From an uncultured Actinomycetes bacterium (GTDB lineage Bacteria; Actinomycetota; Thermoleophilia; UBA2241): DNA of 64,000 nucleotides. The position numbers and the translations under genes are program-made. Every line of letters begins with the position of its first letter. The first letter of the stretch is position 1. Shown here in pieces: positions 35,204 through 45,853 of the stretch. The notes beneath the pieces are model-generated. The model was not told the origin of the DNA, did not search any database, and saw nothing but the letters and a program-made list of their open reading frames with translations. Location: contig CAVYCN010000002.1 in assembly GCA_963767005.1 (NCBI GenBank), positions 352,001 through 416,000 of the forward strand. The letters are read 5' to 3'.

Positions 35204-35790
35204 GCGTCGACACCGACAAGCGACTCGTCAGCCGCTCGGCGCTCAACGCCGCCAACACCATCACGGTCGCGCGCATCCTGCTGATCCCGGTGTTCGTGGT
35301 GCTGCTCGTGGCGCACGTGCCCTGGGGCGCCCTCCTGGCCACCTGCGTGTTCGCCGTCGCCGCCCTCACCGACAAGCTCGACGGCTACGTGGCGCGCTCG
35401 CGCAACCAGATCACCACGCTGGGCCAGTTCCTCGACCCGCTCGCCGACAAGCTGCTGGTGTCGGCCGCTCTCATCGCCCTAGTGGGGCTCGGCAGGCTGC
35501 CGGCCTGGGTGGCGATGGTCATCATCGCCCGCGAGTTCGCCGTGAGCGCCCTGCGCGTGCTCGGCATCGACCAGGGCGTCTCGATACCGGCGAGCCCCCT
35601 GGGCAAGGCCAAGACGACGAGCCAGATCGTGTGCGTCATCCTCCTGATGCTGGGCCACGGGCACCTCACCTGGGTCCGCTGGCTCGACGTGATCTCGATC
35701 GTCGTCATGGTGGCGCTCACGCTCATCTCGGGCGTGCAGTACTTCGTGAGGGCGCGCGACAACCTGCACCTGCCCGGAAGCAGCCGATGA
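35200..35790 (+). CDS. pgsA: CDP-diacylglycerol-glycerol-3-phosphate 3-phosphatidyltransferase
   Basis: TD.LDGY.AR...T.LG.FLDPLADKLL motif; rimO-pgsA-cinA synteny. Confidence 0.95.
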   Translation: MSVDTDKRLVSRSALNAANTITVARILLIPVFVVLLVAHVPWGALLATCVFAVAALTDKLDGYVARSRNQITTLGQFLDPLADKLLVSAALIALVGLGRLPAWVAMVIIAREFAVSALRVLGIDQGVSIPASPLGKAKTTSQIVCVILLMLGHGHLTWVRWLDVISIVVMVALTLISGVQYFVRARDNLHLPGSSR

Positions 35791-37034
35791 CCCCACCCGT
35801 GGCGGCCGTGCTGCTCACCGGCAGCGAGCTGCTCGACGGCCGCACACGCGATCGCAACGGCTTCTATCTGACCGGCACGCTCGCGGCCGCCGGCTTCGAC
35901 GTGGCCCACATGGTGCTCACGCCCGACGAGCCGGCGGCCCTGCGCCGCGACCTCGCCGGCCTGCTGCAGGAGCGACCGACGGTCCTCGTGCTGTCCGGCG
36001 GCCTGGGCACCACCCACGACGACCTCACCGCGCAGATCGTGGCCGACGTCACCGGCCGGGCGCTCGCCGAGCACCCCGCGGCGCTGCGCATGGTCGAGGA
36101 CACGACGCGCCGTGTCGCCGAGCGCCGCGGCTTGCCGCTCGCCGAGCTGCTGTCCGACATGCGTCGCCAGGCGTTTCTGCCGGGCGGCGCTCGTCCGGTG
36201 CCGCCGGCCGGCGTGGCGCCCGGCTTCGTCGTCGAGCACGAGGGCACGGCGATCGTGGCGCTGCCCGGCGTGCCCTGGGAGGTCGAGAGCATGTGGCCCG
36301 CCGTGCTCGACGAGCTCGCGGGCGCCCACGGCGCCGTGTCGCCGCGCACCGTGCAGGTACGGTTCTACGGATGGGGCGAGGTCCAAGTCGCCGCCCTGCT
36401 GCGCGCCCGGGCGACCGACAGGCTGCGGGTGGCGATCACCGCGTCGCTCGGCGAGGTCACGGTGACGGCCCGTCATCAGGCCGGCGACGGCGCCGCGGCC
36501 GCCCAGCTCGACACGCTGGTCGGGGCGCTGCGCGCCGGCGGCCCCGTGTTCTCGAGCGACGGCCGCGGCATCGACCAGATCGTCGCCGACCTGCTGCGCG
36601 CCCGCGGCGCGACCGTCGCGACGGCGGAGTCCTGCACCGGTGGCCTGCTCGGCGGACGTCTTACCGATCTCGCCGGCAGCTCCGACTACGTCGTGGGCGG
36701 GGCCGTGACGTACGCCGACGACGCCAAGCGCGACCTGCTCGGCGTACCCGCCGACCTTCTCGCGGCCCACGGCGCGGTGTCGGAGCCCGTGGCGCGCGCC
36801 ATGGCCGAGGGCGTCCGTGCGAGGACGGGCGCCACCTTCGCGCTCAGCACGACCGGCATCGCCGGCCCCGGCGGGGCGACGCCCGCCAAACCGGTCGGCC
36901 TGGTCTATGTCGGCTGCGCCGCGCCCGGCGGCACGGCGGTGCGGCGCCATGAGTTCCCGGGCGACCGCGCCACGGTCCGCGCCTGGAGCGTGGTGGCCGC
37001 CCTCCACCTGTTGCGGCGCGCGCTCGAGACATGA
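35787..37034 (+). CDS. cinA: Competence/damage-inducible protein CinA (MoCF-like domain plus NMN deamidase)
   Basis: TGSELL.G...D.N, SGGLG.T.DDLT, LPGVPWE, AESCTGG and TGIAGPGG..KPVG motifs. Confidence 0.93.
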   Translation: MTPPVAAVLLTGSELLDGRTRDRNGFYLTGTLAAAGFDVAHMVLTPDEPAALRRDLAGLLQERPTVLVLSGGLGTTHDDLTAQIVADVTGRALAEHPAALRMVEDTTRRVAERRGLPLAELLSDMRRQAFLPGGARPVPPAGVAPGFVVEHEGTAIVALPGVPWEVESMWPAVLDELAGAHGAVSPRTVQVRFYGWGEVQVAALLRARATDRLRVAITASLGEVTVTARHQAGDGAAAAQLDTLVGALRAGGPVFSSDGRGIDQIVADLLRARGATVATAESCTGGLLGGRLTDLAGSSDYVVGGAVTYADDAKRDLLGVPADLLAAHGAVSEPVARAMAEGVRARTGATFALSTTGIAGPGGATPAKPVGLVYVGCAAPGGTAVRRHEFPGDRATVRAWSVVAALHLLRRALET

Positions 37035-37064
37035 GCCCGGACTACGCGCGCGACGGAGTCACGC

Positions 37065-37715
37065 ATGCGTGAGCGGCAACGACGCAGTCTATCGCCGGAC
37101 TATCCGGCGCGACCGCGGCGCGCGGGTCGGCCAGCCGAGGTTCGCGGCCGTGACAAACCGGGTGCGCCCGGTCGCGAACCCAGCCGGCGGCTCTTCGTCG
37201 CCTGCGACCTGCCGCTGGCGGCGCTCGCCGCCGTGACCGACTGGCAGGCCCGCGAGCTCGCGCCGCGCGACGACCTGCGCCTGAACCACAGCCTGCACCT
37301 GACCCTCTGCTTCCTGGGCGCGGTGCCCGAGCGCCGCGTCGACGACGTCGCCGCGGCGCTCGCCGGGCTCGACCTGCCGGCCCTGCCGAGCGGGCTCGGC
37401 GCGGCGCTGTTCCTGCCCGAGCGCGGCCTCAAGCGGGTGATGGCCCTGGCCCTCGATGACCCCACCGGGGCGCTCGTCGCGACCCAGCGTTCCGTCTCCG
37501 AGGCCCTGTACCATCTCGGGGTGTACGCGCCTGGGAAACGCCCCTGGCTGGCCCATCTGACGGTGGCTCGCTTCCGCCGTCCCGGTCAACCTTTTTCGCT
37601 GCAAAACGTGAACATCGCGCCGTTTGGACTGCCCTCGGTCATCCTGTATGCTAGCGTCCTGGAGCGGGGTGGGGCAGTCCACACGCCCCTTGCCACGTTT
37701 CCCACCTCAGCCTGA
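37065..37715 (+). CDS. thpR: RNA 2',3'-cyclic phosphodiesterase (2H family); start uncertain
   Basis: RLFVA, HLTLCFLG and HLTVAR (two HxT motifs); cinA-thpR-recA synteny. Confidence 0.9.
   Translation: MRERQRRSLSPDYPARPRRAGRPAEVRGRDKPGAPGREPSRRLFVACDLPLAALAAVTDWQARELAPRDDLRLNHSLHLTLCFLGAVPERRVDDVAAALAGLDLPALPSGLGAALFLPERGLKRVMALALDDPTGALVATQRSVSEALYHLGVYAPGKRPWLAHLTVARFRRPGQPFSLQNVNIAPFGLPSVILYASVLERGGAVHTPLATFPTSA
37624..37652 (+). promoter_or_regulatory. Putative recA promoter inside thpR 3' end (TTGGAC-N17-TATGCT)
   Basis: Hexamers with 17-bp spacing in a locally AT-richer patch about 80 bp before recA. Confidence 0.5.
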
Positions 37716-37733
37716 CGAGAGGAGCACGCCACC

Positions 37734-38825
37734 GTGGATAAAGACAAGGCCCTCGAAGCCGCCGTCACCCAGATCGAGCGCCAGTTCGGCAAGGGCAGCA
37801 TCATGCGCATGGGCGAGCATGCCGCCGCGGCCGACCTGCAGACCGTGCCGACGGGCTCGCTCGCCCTCGACATCGCGCTTGGCGTCGGCGGCATCCCGCG
37901 CGGGCGCATCGTCGAGATCTACGGGCCCGAGTCATCGGGCAAGACGACCCTCGTCTACCACCTCATCGCTCAGGCCCAACGTCTCGGGGGCGTCGCCGCC
38001 TTCATCGACACCGAGCATGCCATGGACCCCAACTACGCGCGTACCATCGGGGTCAACGTCGACGATCTGCTGGTCAGCCAGCCCGACTACGGCGAGCAGG
38101 CGCTCGAGATCACAGAGATGCTCATCCGCAGCGGCGCCATCGACATCGTCGCGATTGACTCGGTGGCCGCGCTCACGCCGCGGGCCGAGATCGAAGGCGA
38201 GATGGGCGACAGCTTCGTGGGCCTGCAGGCGCGGCTCATGAGCCAGGCGTTGCGCAAGCTGGCCGGCACGCTCAGCAAGTCGGGCACCATCTGCGTCTTT
38301 ACCAACCAGCTCCGCGAGAAGATCGGCGTCATGTTCGGCAACCCCGAGACCACGACCGGTGGCAAGGCGCTCAAGTTCTACGCCACCATCCGGCTCGACA
38401 TCAGGCGCATCGAGACCCTCAAAGAGGGCACTGAGGCGGTCGGCAACCGGGTACGCGTGAAGGTCGCCAAGAACAAGGTGGCGCCGCCCTTCAAGCAGGC
38501 CGAGTTCGACATCATGTACGGCACCGGCATCTCGCGCGAGGGCACGCTGCTCGACCTCGGCGTCACCGCCGACGTCGTGCACAAGAGCGGCGCCTTCTTC
38601 AGCTACAACGACGACCGCCTCGGGCAGGGCCGCGCCGCCGCGCGCGCGTTCCTGCACGACAACCCCGACATCGCCGACGACATCGAGCGCCAGATCCGCG
38701 ACCGCGCCGGGCTGCCCGCGGCGCCTGCACCGGTCGCCGCCGCGGGCGCCGACGGCAAGAAGTCGGCCGCGGCGGCGCTCGCCCAGGCCGAAGCCCAGGC
38801 CGCCGCGCCCGACGCCGAGCGGTAG
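37734..38825 (+). CDS. recA: Recombinase RecA
   Basis: [44 protein letters not shown] and KNKVAPPF motifs; no intein. Confidence 0.99.
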   Translation: MDKDKALEAAVTQIERQFGKGSIMRMGEHAAAADLQTVPTGSLALDIALGVGGIPRGRIVEIYGPESSGKTTLVYHLIAQAQRLGGVAAFIDTEHAMDPNYARTIGVNVDDLLVSQPDYGEQALEITEMLIRSGAIDIVAIDSVAALTPRAEIEGEMGDSFVGLQARLMSQALRKLAGTLSKSGTICVFTNQLREKIGVMFGNPETTTGGKALKFYATIRLDIRRIETLKEGTEAVGNRVRVKVAKNKVAPPFKQAEFDIMYGTGISREGTLLDLGVTADVVHKSGAFFSYNDDRLGQGRAAARAFLHDNPDIADDIERQIRDRAGLPAAPAPVAAAGADGKKSAAAALAQAEAQAAAPDAER

Positions 38826-38844
38826 CCGGTCGCCGGGGCCGTCG

Positions 38845-39489
38845 GTGCCCACCGTCACGGCTCTCAAGGCGACTCGGCGCGGCCACGTCGCGATCCACGT
38901 CGACGACGCCTTCGTCGCGGCGGTAGGCGACGCGTTCGTCGTGCGGCACGGTCTGTTCGTCGGCCTCGAGCTCGATGCCGCACGGCTCGACGAGCTCGTC
39001 GCCGCCGCCGGCGTCGAGCGCGCGCTCGCCGACGCCTACCGCCTGCTGGGCCATCGCGCCCGTTCCCGTACCGAGCTCGCCGAGCGCCTGCGCGCCAAGG
39101 GCCATCCCGAGCCCATCGTAGCCGGCGTCGTCGAGCGTCTCGTCGCCGAGGGCCTGCTGAACGACCCCGCCTTCGCGGCCGCGTTCGTCGCCGACAAGCG
39201 CCGTCTGGCCGGCTGGGGCGCCGGCCGCATCGCTCGCGAGCTCGCGCGCCACGGCGTCGCCGACACGATCGCGCAGGCCGCCCTGTCCGGCTCCGGCGAC
39301 GACGCCGACGAGCTCGCCCGCGCCCTGCAGGCGCTGGCCCGTCGCGGCCCGGCGCGGGCGCCCCTCGACGCCGCCCGCAAGCGCGCCTACGACTACCTGC
39401 TGCGGCGCGGCTACTCGACCGCCGTGGCCTACCGTGCCGTGCGCGACTGGTCGGCCGCGGCCGCCGGTTCGGGCCAAGTCACCGATTGA
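38845..39489 (+). CDS. recX: Regulatory protein RecX
   Basis: AYRLL..R.RS..EL..RL..KG, LND..FA, G..RI..EL..GV and YLLRRGY pattern; directly after recA. Confidence 0.92.
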   Translation: MPTVTALKATRRGHVAIHVDDAFVAAVGDAFVVRHGLFVGLELDAARLDELVAAAGVERALADAYRLLGHRARSRTELAERLRAKGHPEPIVAGVVERLVAEGLLNDPAFAAAFVADKRRLAGWGAGRIARELARHGVADTIAQAALSGSGDDADELARALQALARRGPARAPLDAARKRAYDYLLRRGYSTAVAYRAVRDWSAAAAGSGQVTD

Positions 39490-39515
39490 CAGTGCCTTCG
39501 AGGCGAACCTACAAT
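39486..39515 (+). promoter_or_regulatory. Near-consensus sigma70/SigA promoter TTGACA-N18-TACAAT driving the downstream ncRNA
   Basis: TTGACA at 39486-39491 overlapping the recX stop; TACAAT at 39510-39515. Confidence 0.85.
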
Positions 39516-39520
39516 CACAA

Positions 39521-39792
39521 GTGAGCAGCTTGCTCACTGACTTTGCGTATGACTGTGGCACCTGAAGGCCATGCATTCCGGTCCTAGGCGGCCGGCCTGT
39601 CGAACGAGCGACGTAGGGGTCTCACACAACGTAGGGAGCTTTTCGAGAGCACTTCCGGGCTTTCCCCGAAGCCGCACGTCAAACGACTGCAAAGATGCTC
39701 AAAGAACCGCGTGAGTGCCGGTAGGCACCGCGGCATGGCACCGTCAGGGACGACGACCGTACGAGAGGCCGGGCGAGTTGCCCGGCTTTTTT
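39521..39792 (+). ncRNA. Structured ncRNA, 6S RNA-like (core rod about 39561-39748)
   Basis: Own promoter; closing stem CCTGA..GCCATGC / GCATGGC..TCAGG; second helix CGGT.CCTA.CGGC / GCCG.TAGG.ACCG; internal bubble; intrinsic terminator; no ORF; adjacent to rny. Confidence 0.72.
39768..39792 (+). terminator. Rho-independent terminator of the ncRNA
   Basis: GCCGGGC-GAGTT-GCCCGGC followed by TTTTTT. Confidence 0.85.
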
Positions 39793-39846
39793 CGTCTCAT
39801 TTGACGTGACGTCGCAACTGACGATCACCGGCACAAGGGGACCAGC

Positions 39847-41376
39847 ATGACCGCAGTGTTCATCGTGATCGCGCTCGCCGCCGGCGTGGCGGCCGGATAC
39901 CTGGTCAGGCGCTATCTGGTCGACAACCGGGTGAAGGGCGCGCAGGGCGAGGCGCAGCGCCTGCTGCGCGACGCCCAGCGCGAGGCCGAGGCCACCGTCA
40001 AAGAAGCCCGCCTCGAAGCCAAAGAGGAGCTCCACAAGGTGCGCACCGAGGTCGAGAACGACCTGCGCGAGCGACGCCTCGAGCTCAAGAACGCCGAGGA
40101 TCGCGCCGCCCAGCGCGAGGAGCAGCTCGAACGGCGGGCGGCCGAGCTCGAGCGCCGCGACCAGCAGGTCTTCGAGCGCGAGGAGCAGGCCGCCGCTCTC
40201 ACCGAGCAGCTCAAGGTCGCGCAGGCCGAGCAGGCCGCCGCCCTCGAGCGCATCTCGGGCCTGACCGGCGCCCAGGCGAAGGAGATGCTCCTGCGCAAGA
40301 TCGAAGAAGAGGCACGGCACGACATGGCCCGCCTCGTGCGCTCTATCGAGGACGAGGCCAAGCGTGAAGCCGACCGGCGGGCCCGCAACATCCTCTCGCT
40401 GTCGATCCAGCGCACCGCCGCCAACCACGTCGCCGAGACCACGGTCTCGGTCGTGCCGCTGCCCTCCGACGACATGAAGGGCCGCATCATCGGCCGCGAG
40501 GGGCGCAACATCCGCGCCCTCGAGAACCTGACCGGCATCGACTTCATCATCGACGACACGCCCGAGGCGGTCGTGCTGTCGGGCTTCGACGGCGTGCGGC
40601 GCGAGATCGCCCGCCTCACCATCACCAAGCTGCTCGCCGACGGCCGCATCCATCCGGCCCGCATCGAGGAGATGTACGGCCAGGCCAAGGCCGAGATCGA
40701 CGCGACCATCGAGGAGGCCGGCGAGCAGGCCTGCTTCGACGCCAACGTGCACGGCGTGGCGCCCGAGCTCGTCAAGGTCCTCGGCCGGCTCAAGTTCCGC
40801 ACGAGCTACGGCCAGAACGTGCTCAACCACTCGGTCGAGGTCGCCCACCTGGCCGGCATCATGGCGAGCGAGCTGGGCGCGAACCCCAAGATCGCCCGGC
40901 GCGCCGGCCTGCTGCACGACGTCGGCAAGGCGATCGATCACGAGGTCGACGGCTCCCACGGCCAGATCTCGGCACAGCTCGCCCGCAAGTACCGCGAGAC
41001 TCAGAGCGTCGTGCACGCGATCGAGGCGCACCACCAGGACGTCGAGCCGCAGACCGTCGAGGCGGTCCTGGTGCAGGCCGCCGACGCCATCTCGGCCGCC
41101 CGCCCCGGCGCCCGGCGCGAGACCCTCGAAGGCTACGTCAAGCGCCTCGAGTCGCTCGAGAAGATCGCCGAGAGCAAGCGCGGCGTCGAGAAGTCGTATG
41201 CCATGCAGGCGGGCCGTGAGGTGCGCGTCATGGTCAAGCCGGCCGAGATCAGCGACGACGATGCCGTGCTGCTCGCGCGCGAGATCGCCAAGGAGATCGA
41301 GGAGACGCTCGACTACCCCGGCCAGATCAGGGTGACCGTCATCCGCGAGAGCCGCGCCACGGAGCTCGCCAAGTAG
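39847..41376 (+). CDS. rny: Ribonuclease Y
   Basis: N-terminal TM, coiled coil, KH domain ([14 protein letters not shown]), HD domain (GLLHDVGKA), [12 protein letters not shown]. Confidence 0.97.
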   Translation: MTAVFIVIALAAGVAAGYLVRRYLVDNRVKGAQGEAQRLLRDAQREAEATVKEARLEAKEELHKVRTEVENDLRERRLELKNAEDRAAQREEQLERRAAELERRDQQVFEREEQAAALTEQLKVAQAEQAAALERISGLTGAQAKEMLLRKIEEEARHDMARLVRSIEDEAKREADRRARNILSLSIQRTAANHVAETTVSVVPLPSDDMKGRIIGREGRNIRALENLTGIDFIIDDTPEAVVLSGFDGVRREIARLTITKLLADGRIHPARIEEMYGQAKAEIDATIEEAGEQACFDANVHGVAPELVKVLGRLKFRTSYGQNVLNHSVEVAHLAGIMASELGANPKIARRAGLLHDVGKAIDHEVDGSHGQISAQLARKYRETQSVVHAIEAHHQDVEPQTVEAVLVQAADAISAARPGARRETLEGYVKRLESLEKIAESKRGVEKSYAMQAGREVRVMVKPAEISDDDAVLLAREIAKEIEETLDYPGQIRVTVIRESRATELAK

Positions 41377-41387
41377 GAGCGGTCCAC

Positions 41388-42686
41388 GTGCGCACGTTCT
41401 ATCTGCGGTCGTTCGGCTGCCAGATGAACGACCACGACGCGGAGCGTATCTGCGCGCTCCTCGAAGCGGATGGTCTCGTCCGGGTGTCGCGCGTCGACGA
41501 CGCCGACGTCATCGTCTACAACACCTGCACGGTGCGGCGCAGCGCCGACGACCGACTCGCCGGCCACCTGGGCGAGGCGGCCCGCGTCAAGGCGCTCGAC
41601 CCGGCGCGGGTGGTCGTCGTCGCCGGCTGCCTGCCGCAGGTCGAGCGCGAAGGCCTCTTCGAGCGCTTTCCGTTCGTCGACGTGGCCCTTGGACCGCAGC
41701 ACCTGGCCGAGCTGCCCGACGCCCTGCACGCCTGCGGGCAGCGCGGTTACTTCGACGGCGAGGGCGGGTTGTCGAGCGCTCTGCCGGCGCACCGCGAACG
41801 CGCGTTCCAGGCCTGGGTCCAGGTGATGTCGGGCTGCACGAACTTCTGCTCGTACTGCATCGTGCCGGCCGCGCGCGGGCCCGAGCGCAGCCGTCCCCTC
41901 GACGACGTGATCGCGGAGGTGCGCACCCTCGTCAGCGACGGCGTGCTCGAAGTCACGCTGCTCGGACAGAACGTGAACGCCTATGGCAACGACCTGACGG
42001 TGGCAGATCCGCCGACGTTCGCCGCCCTGCTGCGCAGGCTCGACGGGCTCGCCGGCCTGCGCCGCGTGCGCTTTACGACCTCGCATCCGCGTGACCTGTC
42101 CGACGAGCTCGTCGCTGCCATCGCCGAGCTGGCCACCGTGTGCGAACACGTGCACCTGCCGGCGCAGTCCGGCTCTGATCGCGTGCTTACCGCCATGGGC
42201 CGTGGGTATACGATGGAGTGGTACCTGGGGAGGGTCGACGCCTTGCGTGCAGCGGTGCCGGACATCGCGATCACCACCGATCTCATGGTCGGCTTTCCCG
42301 GCGAGACCGACGCCGACTTCGACGATACGATGACCCTGGTCGAGCGCGCCGGCTTCGACGCCGCCTTCACCTTCGTCTACTCGCCCCGGCCGGGCACACC
42401 GGCGGCGGCGTTGCCCGACCCCGTCGCGCCCGACGTCGCTCGCGAGCGTATCGTGCGCCTCGTGGGGGCGACGCAGGCGCAGAGCGGGCGCCGGCGGGCC
42501 GCGGTGGTGGGTTCGACCGTCGAGGTCCTGGTCGAGGGCGAGAGCCGGCACGGCCGGTTGTGGCGCGGCCGCACGCGGCAGAACGTGACCGTCAACTTCG
42601 CGGGCACGGCCGCGCCCGGCGAGCTCGCGCCGGTCCTGGTCACCGCCGCGACGTCGACCACGTTGAGCGGCCGGCGCGTCACCTGA
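41388..42686 (+). CDS. miaB: tRNA i6A37 methylthiotransferase
   Basis: FGCQMN..D, NTCTVR, GCTNFCSYCIVP..RG.E.SR, LLGQNVN and YSPRPGT motifs; TRAM domain. Confidence 0.95.
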   Translation: MRTFYLRSFGCQMNDHDAERICALLEADGLVRVSRVDDADVIVYNTCTVRRSADDRLAGHLGEAARVKALDPARVVVVAGCLPQVEREGLFERFPFVDVALGPQHLAELPDALHACGQRGYFDGEGGLSSALPAHRERAFQAWVQVMSGCTNFCSYCIVPAARGPERSRPLDDVIAEVRTLVSDGVLEVTLLGQNVNAYGNDLTVADPPTFAALLRRLDGLAGLRRVRFTTSHPRDLSDELVAAIAELATVCEHVHLPAQSGSDRVLTAMGRGYTMEWYLGRVDALRAAVPDIAITTDLMVGFPGETDADFDDTMTLVERAGFDAAFTFVYSPRPGTPAAALPDPVAPDVARERIVRLVGATQAQSGRRRAAVVGSTVEVLVEGESRHGRLWRGRTRQNVTVNFAGTAAPGELAPVLVTAATSTTLSGRRVT

Positions 42687-42692
42687 GGGGGG

Positions 42693-43469
42693 ATGACCGT
42701 GCGAGGCTGTGTATGTCCCCATCCGCCGTTGCTGATCCCGGCCGTCGGCGGTGAGAACCGGCGCCAGGTGCAGGCCACGGTCGACGCGATGGAGCGCCTG
42801 GCCGCCGACGTCGGCCCCGCCGACCTCGCGATCGTCATCTCGCCGCACACGCCGGGCTACGCCGACGCAGTGGCGGTGCGCACGCCGGCCACCCTCTGGG
42901 GCGACTTCGCCGCCTTTCGCAGTCCCAGCGTGGGGGTCGAGATCGACAACGACGTCGAGTTCGTCCAGCGCCTGATCGAGCGGGCCGACGGCGAGGCGGA
43001 CCTCGACGTCGAGCCGCTCGACGACGAGCTCCTCGACCACGGCGTGCTCGTGCCGCTCTTCTTCTTGAGCGCGCGGCGCCTCGTCAACCTTGCCGTGGCG
43101 CGCCCGTACGAGCTGCACGCCCGCCTCGGACGCCTCATCCGCGAGACCGTCGACGAGCTTGGCCGCCAGGCCCTGTTCGTGGCCTCGGGCGACCTGTCTC
43201 ATCGCCTGCAGCCGGGCGCGCCGGCTGGCTACGACCCGCGCGGCGCGCAGTTCGACGCCACCGTCGTCGATCATTTCCGTCGCGCCGACCTCGACGGCCT
43301 GCGCCGCCTCGACCCGTCGCTGGTCCAGGGGGCGGGGGAATGCGGGCTGCGCTCGTTCATCGCGCTGGGCGCCTACCTGGGCGCCGACGCCGGCCCGGCC
43401 CGGGTCCTGTCCTACGAAGGGCCATTCGGCGTGGGCTACGCCGTCGCCGCCTTTGGCGAGGTCTCATGA
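42693..43469 (+). CDS. Memo/LigB-like (class III extradiol dioxygenase fold) protein, AmmeMemoRadiSam B-type
   Basis: PHPPLLIP.VG, ISPH, LDHGVLVPL, ASGDLSHRL, AGECGLRS and SYEGPFGVGY motifs. Confidence 0.85.
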   Translation: MTVRGCVCPHPPLLIPAVGGENRRQVQATVDAMERLAADVGPADLAIVISPHTPGYADAVAVRTPATLWGDFAAFRSPSVGVEIDNDVEFVQRLIERADGEADLDVEPLDDELLDHGVLVPLFFLSARRLVNLAVARPYELHARLGRLIRETVDELGRQALFVASGDLSHRLQPGAPAGYDPRGAQFDATVVDHFRRADLDGLRRLDPSLVQGAGECGLRSFIALGAYLGADAGPARVLSYEGPFGVGYAVAAFGEVS

Positions 43470-44044
43470 GCGGCCCGGGACCCGTCGAGGAGCCGGGCAC
43501 GTCCGGTGCGGCGCTCTCGACCGGACCGGCCGACTACGCCCGCTCGTGTATCGAGGCGTTCGTCGCCGGCCGGCCGGCCCCCGCGCCGCCGGCGGACGCC
43601 CTCTACGACACCGTGGCCGCGTGCTTCTGCTCGCTCAAGAAGCACGGCGAGCTGCGCGGCTGCATCGGCACCCTGTCGCCTGCCGAGCCCTCACTCGGCA
43701 ACGAGATCGCGCGCAACGCCTGGGCGGCCGCCTTCCGCGACCCGCGCTTTCCGCCGGTCGCCGCCGGCGAGGTCGCCGCGCTCTCCTGTTCGGTCGACGT
43801 GCTCGACCCGAGCGAGCCCTGTGGTCGGGCCGACCTCGACCCCCGCCGGTACGGCGTGATCGTCGTCGCCGGGGCGCGCCGCGGCGTGCTGCTGCCCGAC
43901 CTCGCCGGCGTCGATACGGTCGAGCGGCAGCTCGGCATCGCCTTGCAGAAGGCCGGCATCGACCCCTCGAGCCCGTATGCGATCGAGCGCTTCACCGTGC
44001 GGCGCTTCGGCGAGGGCGCCGGCTGCGACGTCGCCTGTGGCTGA
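43466..44044 (+). CDS. amrA: AMMECR1-domain protein (AmmeMemoRadiSam protein A)
   Basis: FCSLKK.GELRGCIGT, AAF.DPRF.PV, SVDVL, LDP..YGVIV and GVLLPDL.GV motifs. Confidence 0.9.
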   Translation: MSGPGPVEEPGTSGAALSTGPADYARSCIEAFVAGRPAPAPPADALYDTVAACFCSLKKHGELRGCIGTLSPAEPSLGNEIARNAWAAAFRDPRFPPVAAGEVAALSCSVDVLDPSEPCGRADLDPRRYGVIVVAGARRGVLLPDLAGVDTVERQLGIALQKAGIDPSSPYAIERFTVRRFGEGAGCDVACG

Positions 44045-44966
44045 CGAGCCCGCGCCGCCGCTCGTCGCCCTCTTCGGGCCGACGGGCATGGGCAAGACCG
44101 AAATCGCCGTCGCCCTCGCGGCCGAGCTCGGTGCCGAGATCGTGTCGGCCGACTCGATGCAGGTCTATCGCGGCCTCGCGATCGTCACCAACCAGCCGAC
44201 CGCCGAGCAGCTCGCCGCGGTGCCGCACCATCTGGTCGGCGTGATCGATCCGCGCGACGAGTTCTCGGCGGGCCGCTACGCCAGGCTGGCCGAGGCGGCG
44301 ATCGCCGCCGCCCGGGGGCGCGGCCGGCGCGTGGTCGTGGCCGGCGGCTCCGGCCTCTATCTGCGCGCGGCGCTGGGCGGCCTGACCTTCGGCGGGCCGC
44401 CCAGCGCCGCGCGCCGCCCCGAGCTCGAGGCGCTGGCGACGCGCGATCCCGGCGAGGCCCGTGAGCGGCTGCGGCGGGTCGACCCCGAGGCCTATGCGAC
44501 GATCGATCTCGCCAACCCGCGCCGCGTCGTGCGCGCCCTCGAGGCCGCCGCGGCGCGTGAGGCGGGCGAGCTCGCGAGCACCGCCGCTCGGGGCGAGCTC
44601 TGGTCGCCCGAGGCGACGCGCCACGAGACCCGCCTCTTCTGCCTCGACGTCGAACGCACCGGCCTGCGTGAGCGCGTCGAGCGGCGCGTCGACGACATGG
44701 CGCGCCGCGGCCTGCTGGCCGAGGTGGCTGCGCTGCCGCAGCCTGTGTCGCGCACCGTCGCCCAGGCCATCGGCGTGCGCGAGATGCTCGCCGTGCTCGC
44801 CGGCGAGTCGAGCCTCGAGGCGGCGCTCGACCGCATGAAGGCCCGCACCCGTGCCTACATCAGGCGCCAGCTCACATGGATGCGCAAGCTGAACGCTGAT
44901 ATCATCCCCACGTCCGCTCGTCCCCCCGAGTCCGTCGCGTCCGAGCTCGTGCGGCGACTGTCGTAG
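44037..44966 (+). CDS. miaA: tRNA dimethylallyltransferase
   Basis: GPTGMGKT, SADSMQVYRG, GGSGLY, RRVVRALE, QAIG and RRQLTW motifs. Confidence 0.96.
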   Translation: MADEPAPPLVALFGPTGMGKTEIAVALAAELGAEIVSADSMQVYRGLAIVTNQPTAEQLAAVPHHLVGVIDPRDEFSAGRYARLAEAAIAAARGRGRRVVVAGGSGLYLRAALGGLTFGGPPSAARRPELEALATRDPGEARERLRRVDPEAYATIDLANPRRVVRALEAAAAREAGELASTAARGELWSPEATRHETRLFCLDVERTGLRERVERRVDDMARRGLLAEVAALPQPVSRTVAQAIGVREMLAVLAGESSLEAALDRMKARTRAYIRRQLTWMRKLNADIIPTSARPPESVASELVRRLS

Positions 44967-44983
44967 ACCAAGGAGGCTCCGCC

Positions 44984-45849
<866 letters not shown>

Positions 45850-45853
<4 letters not shown>

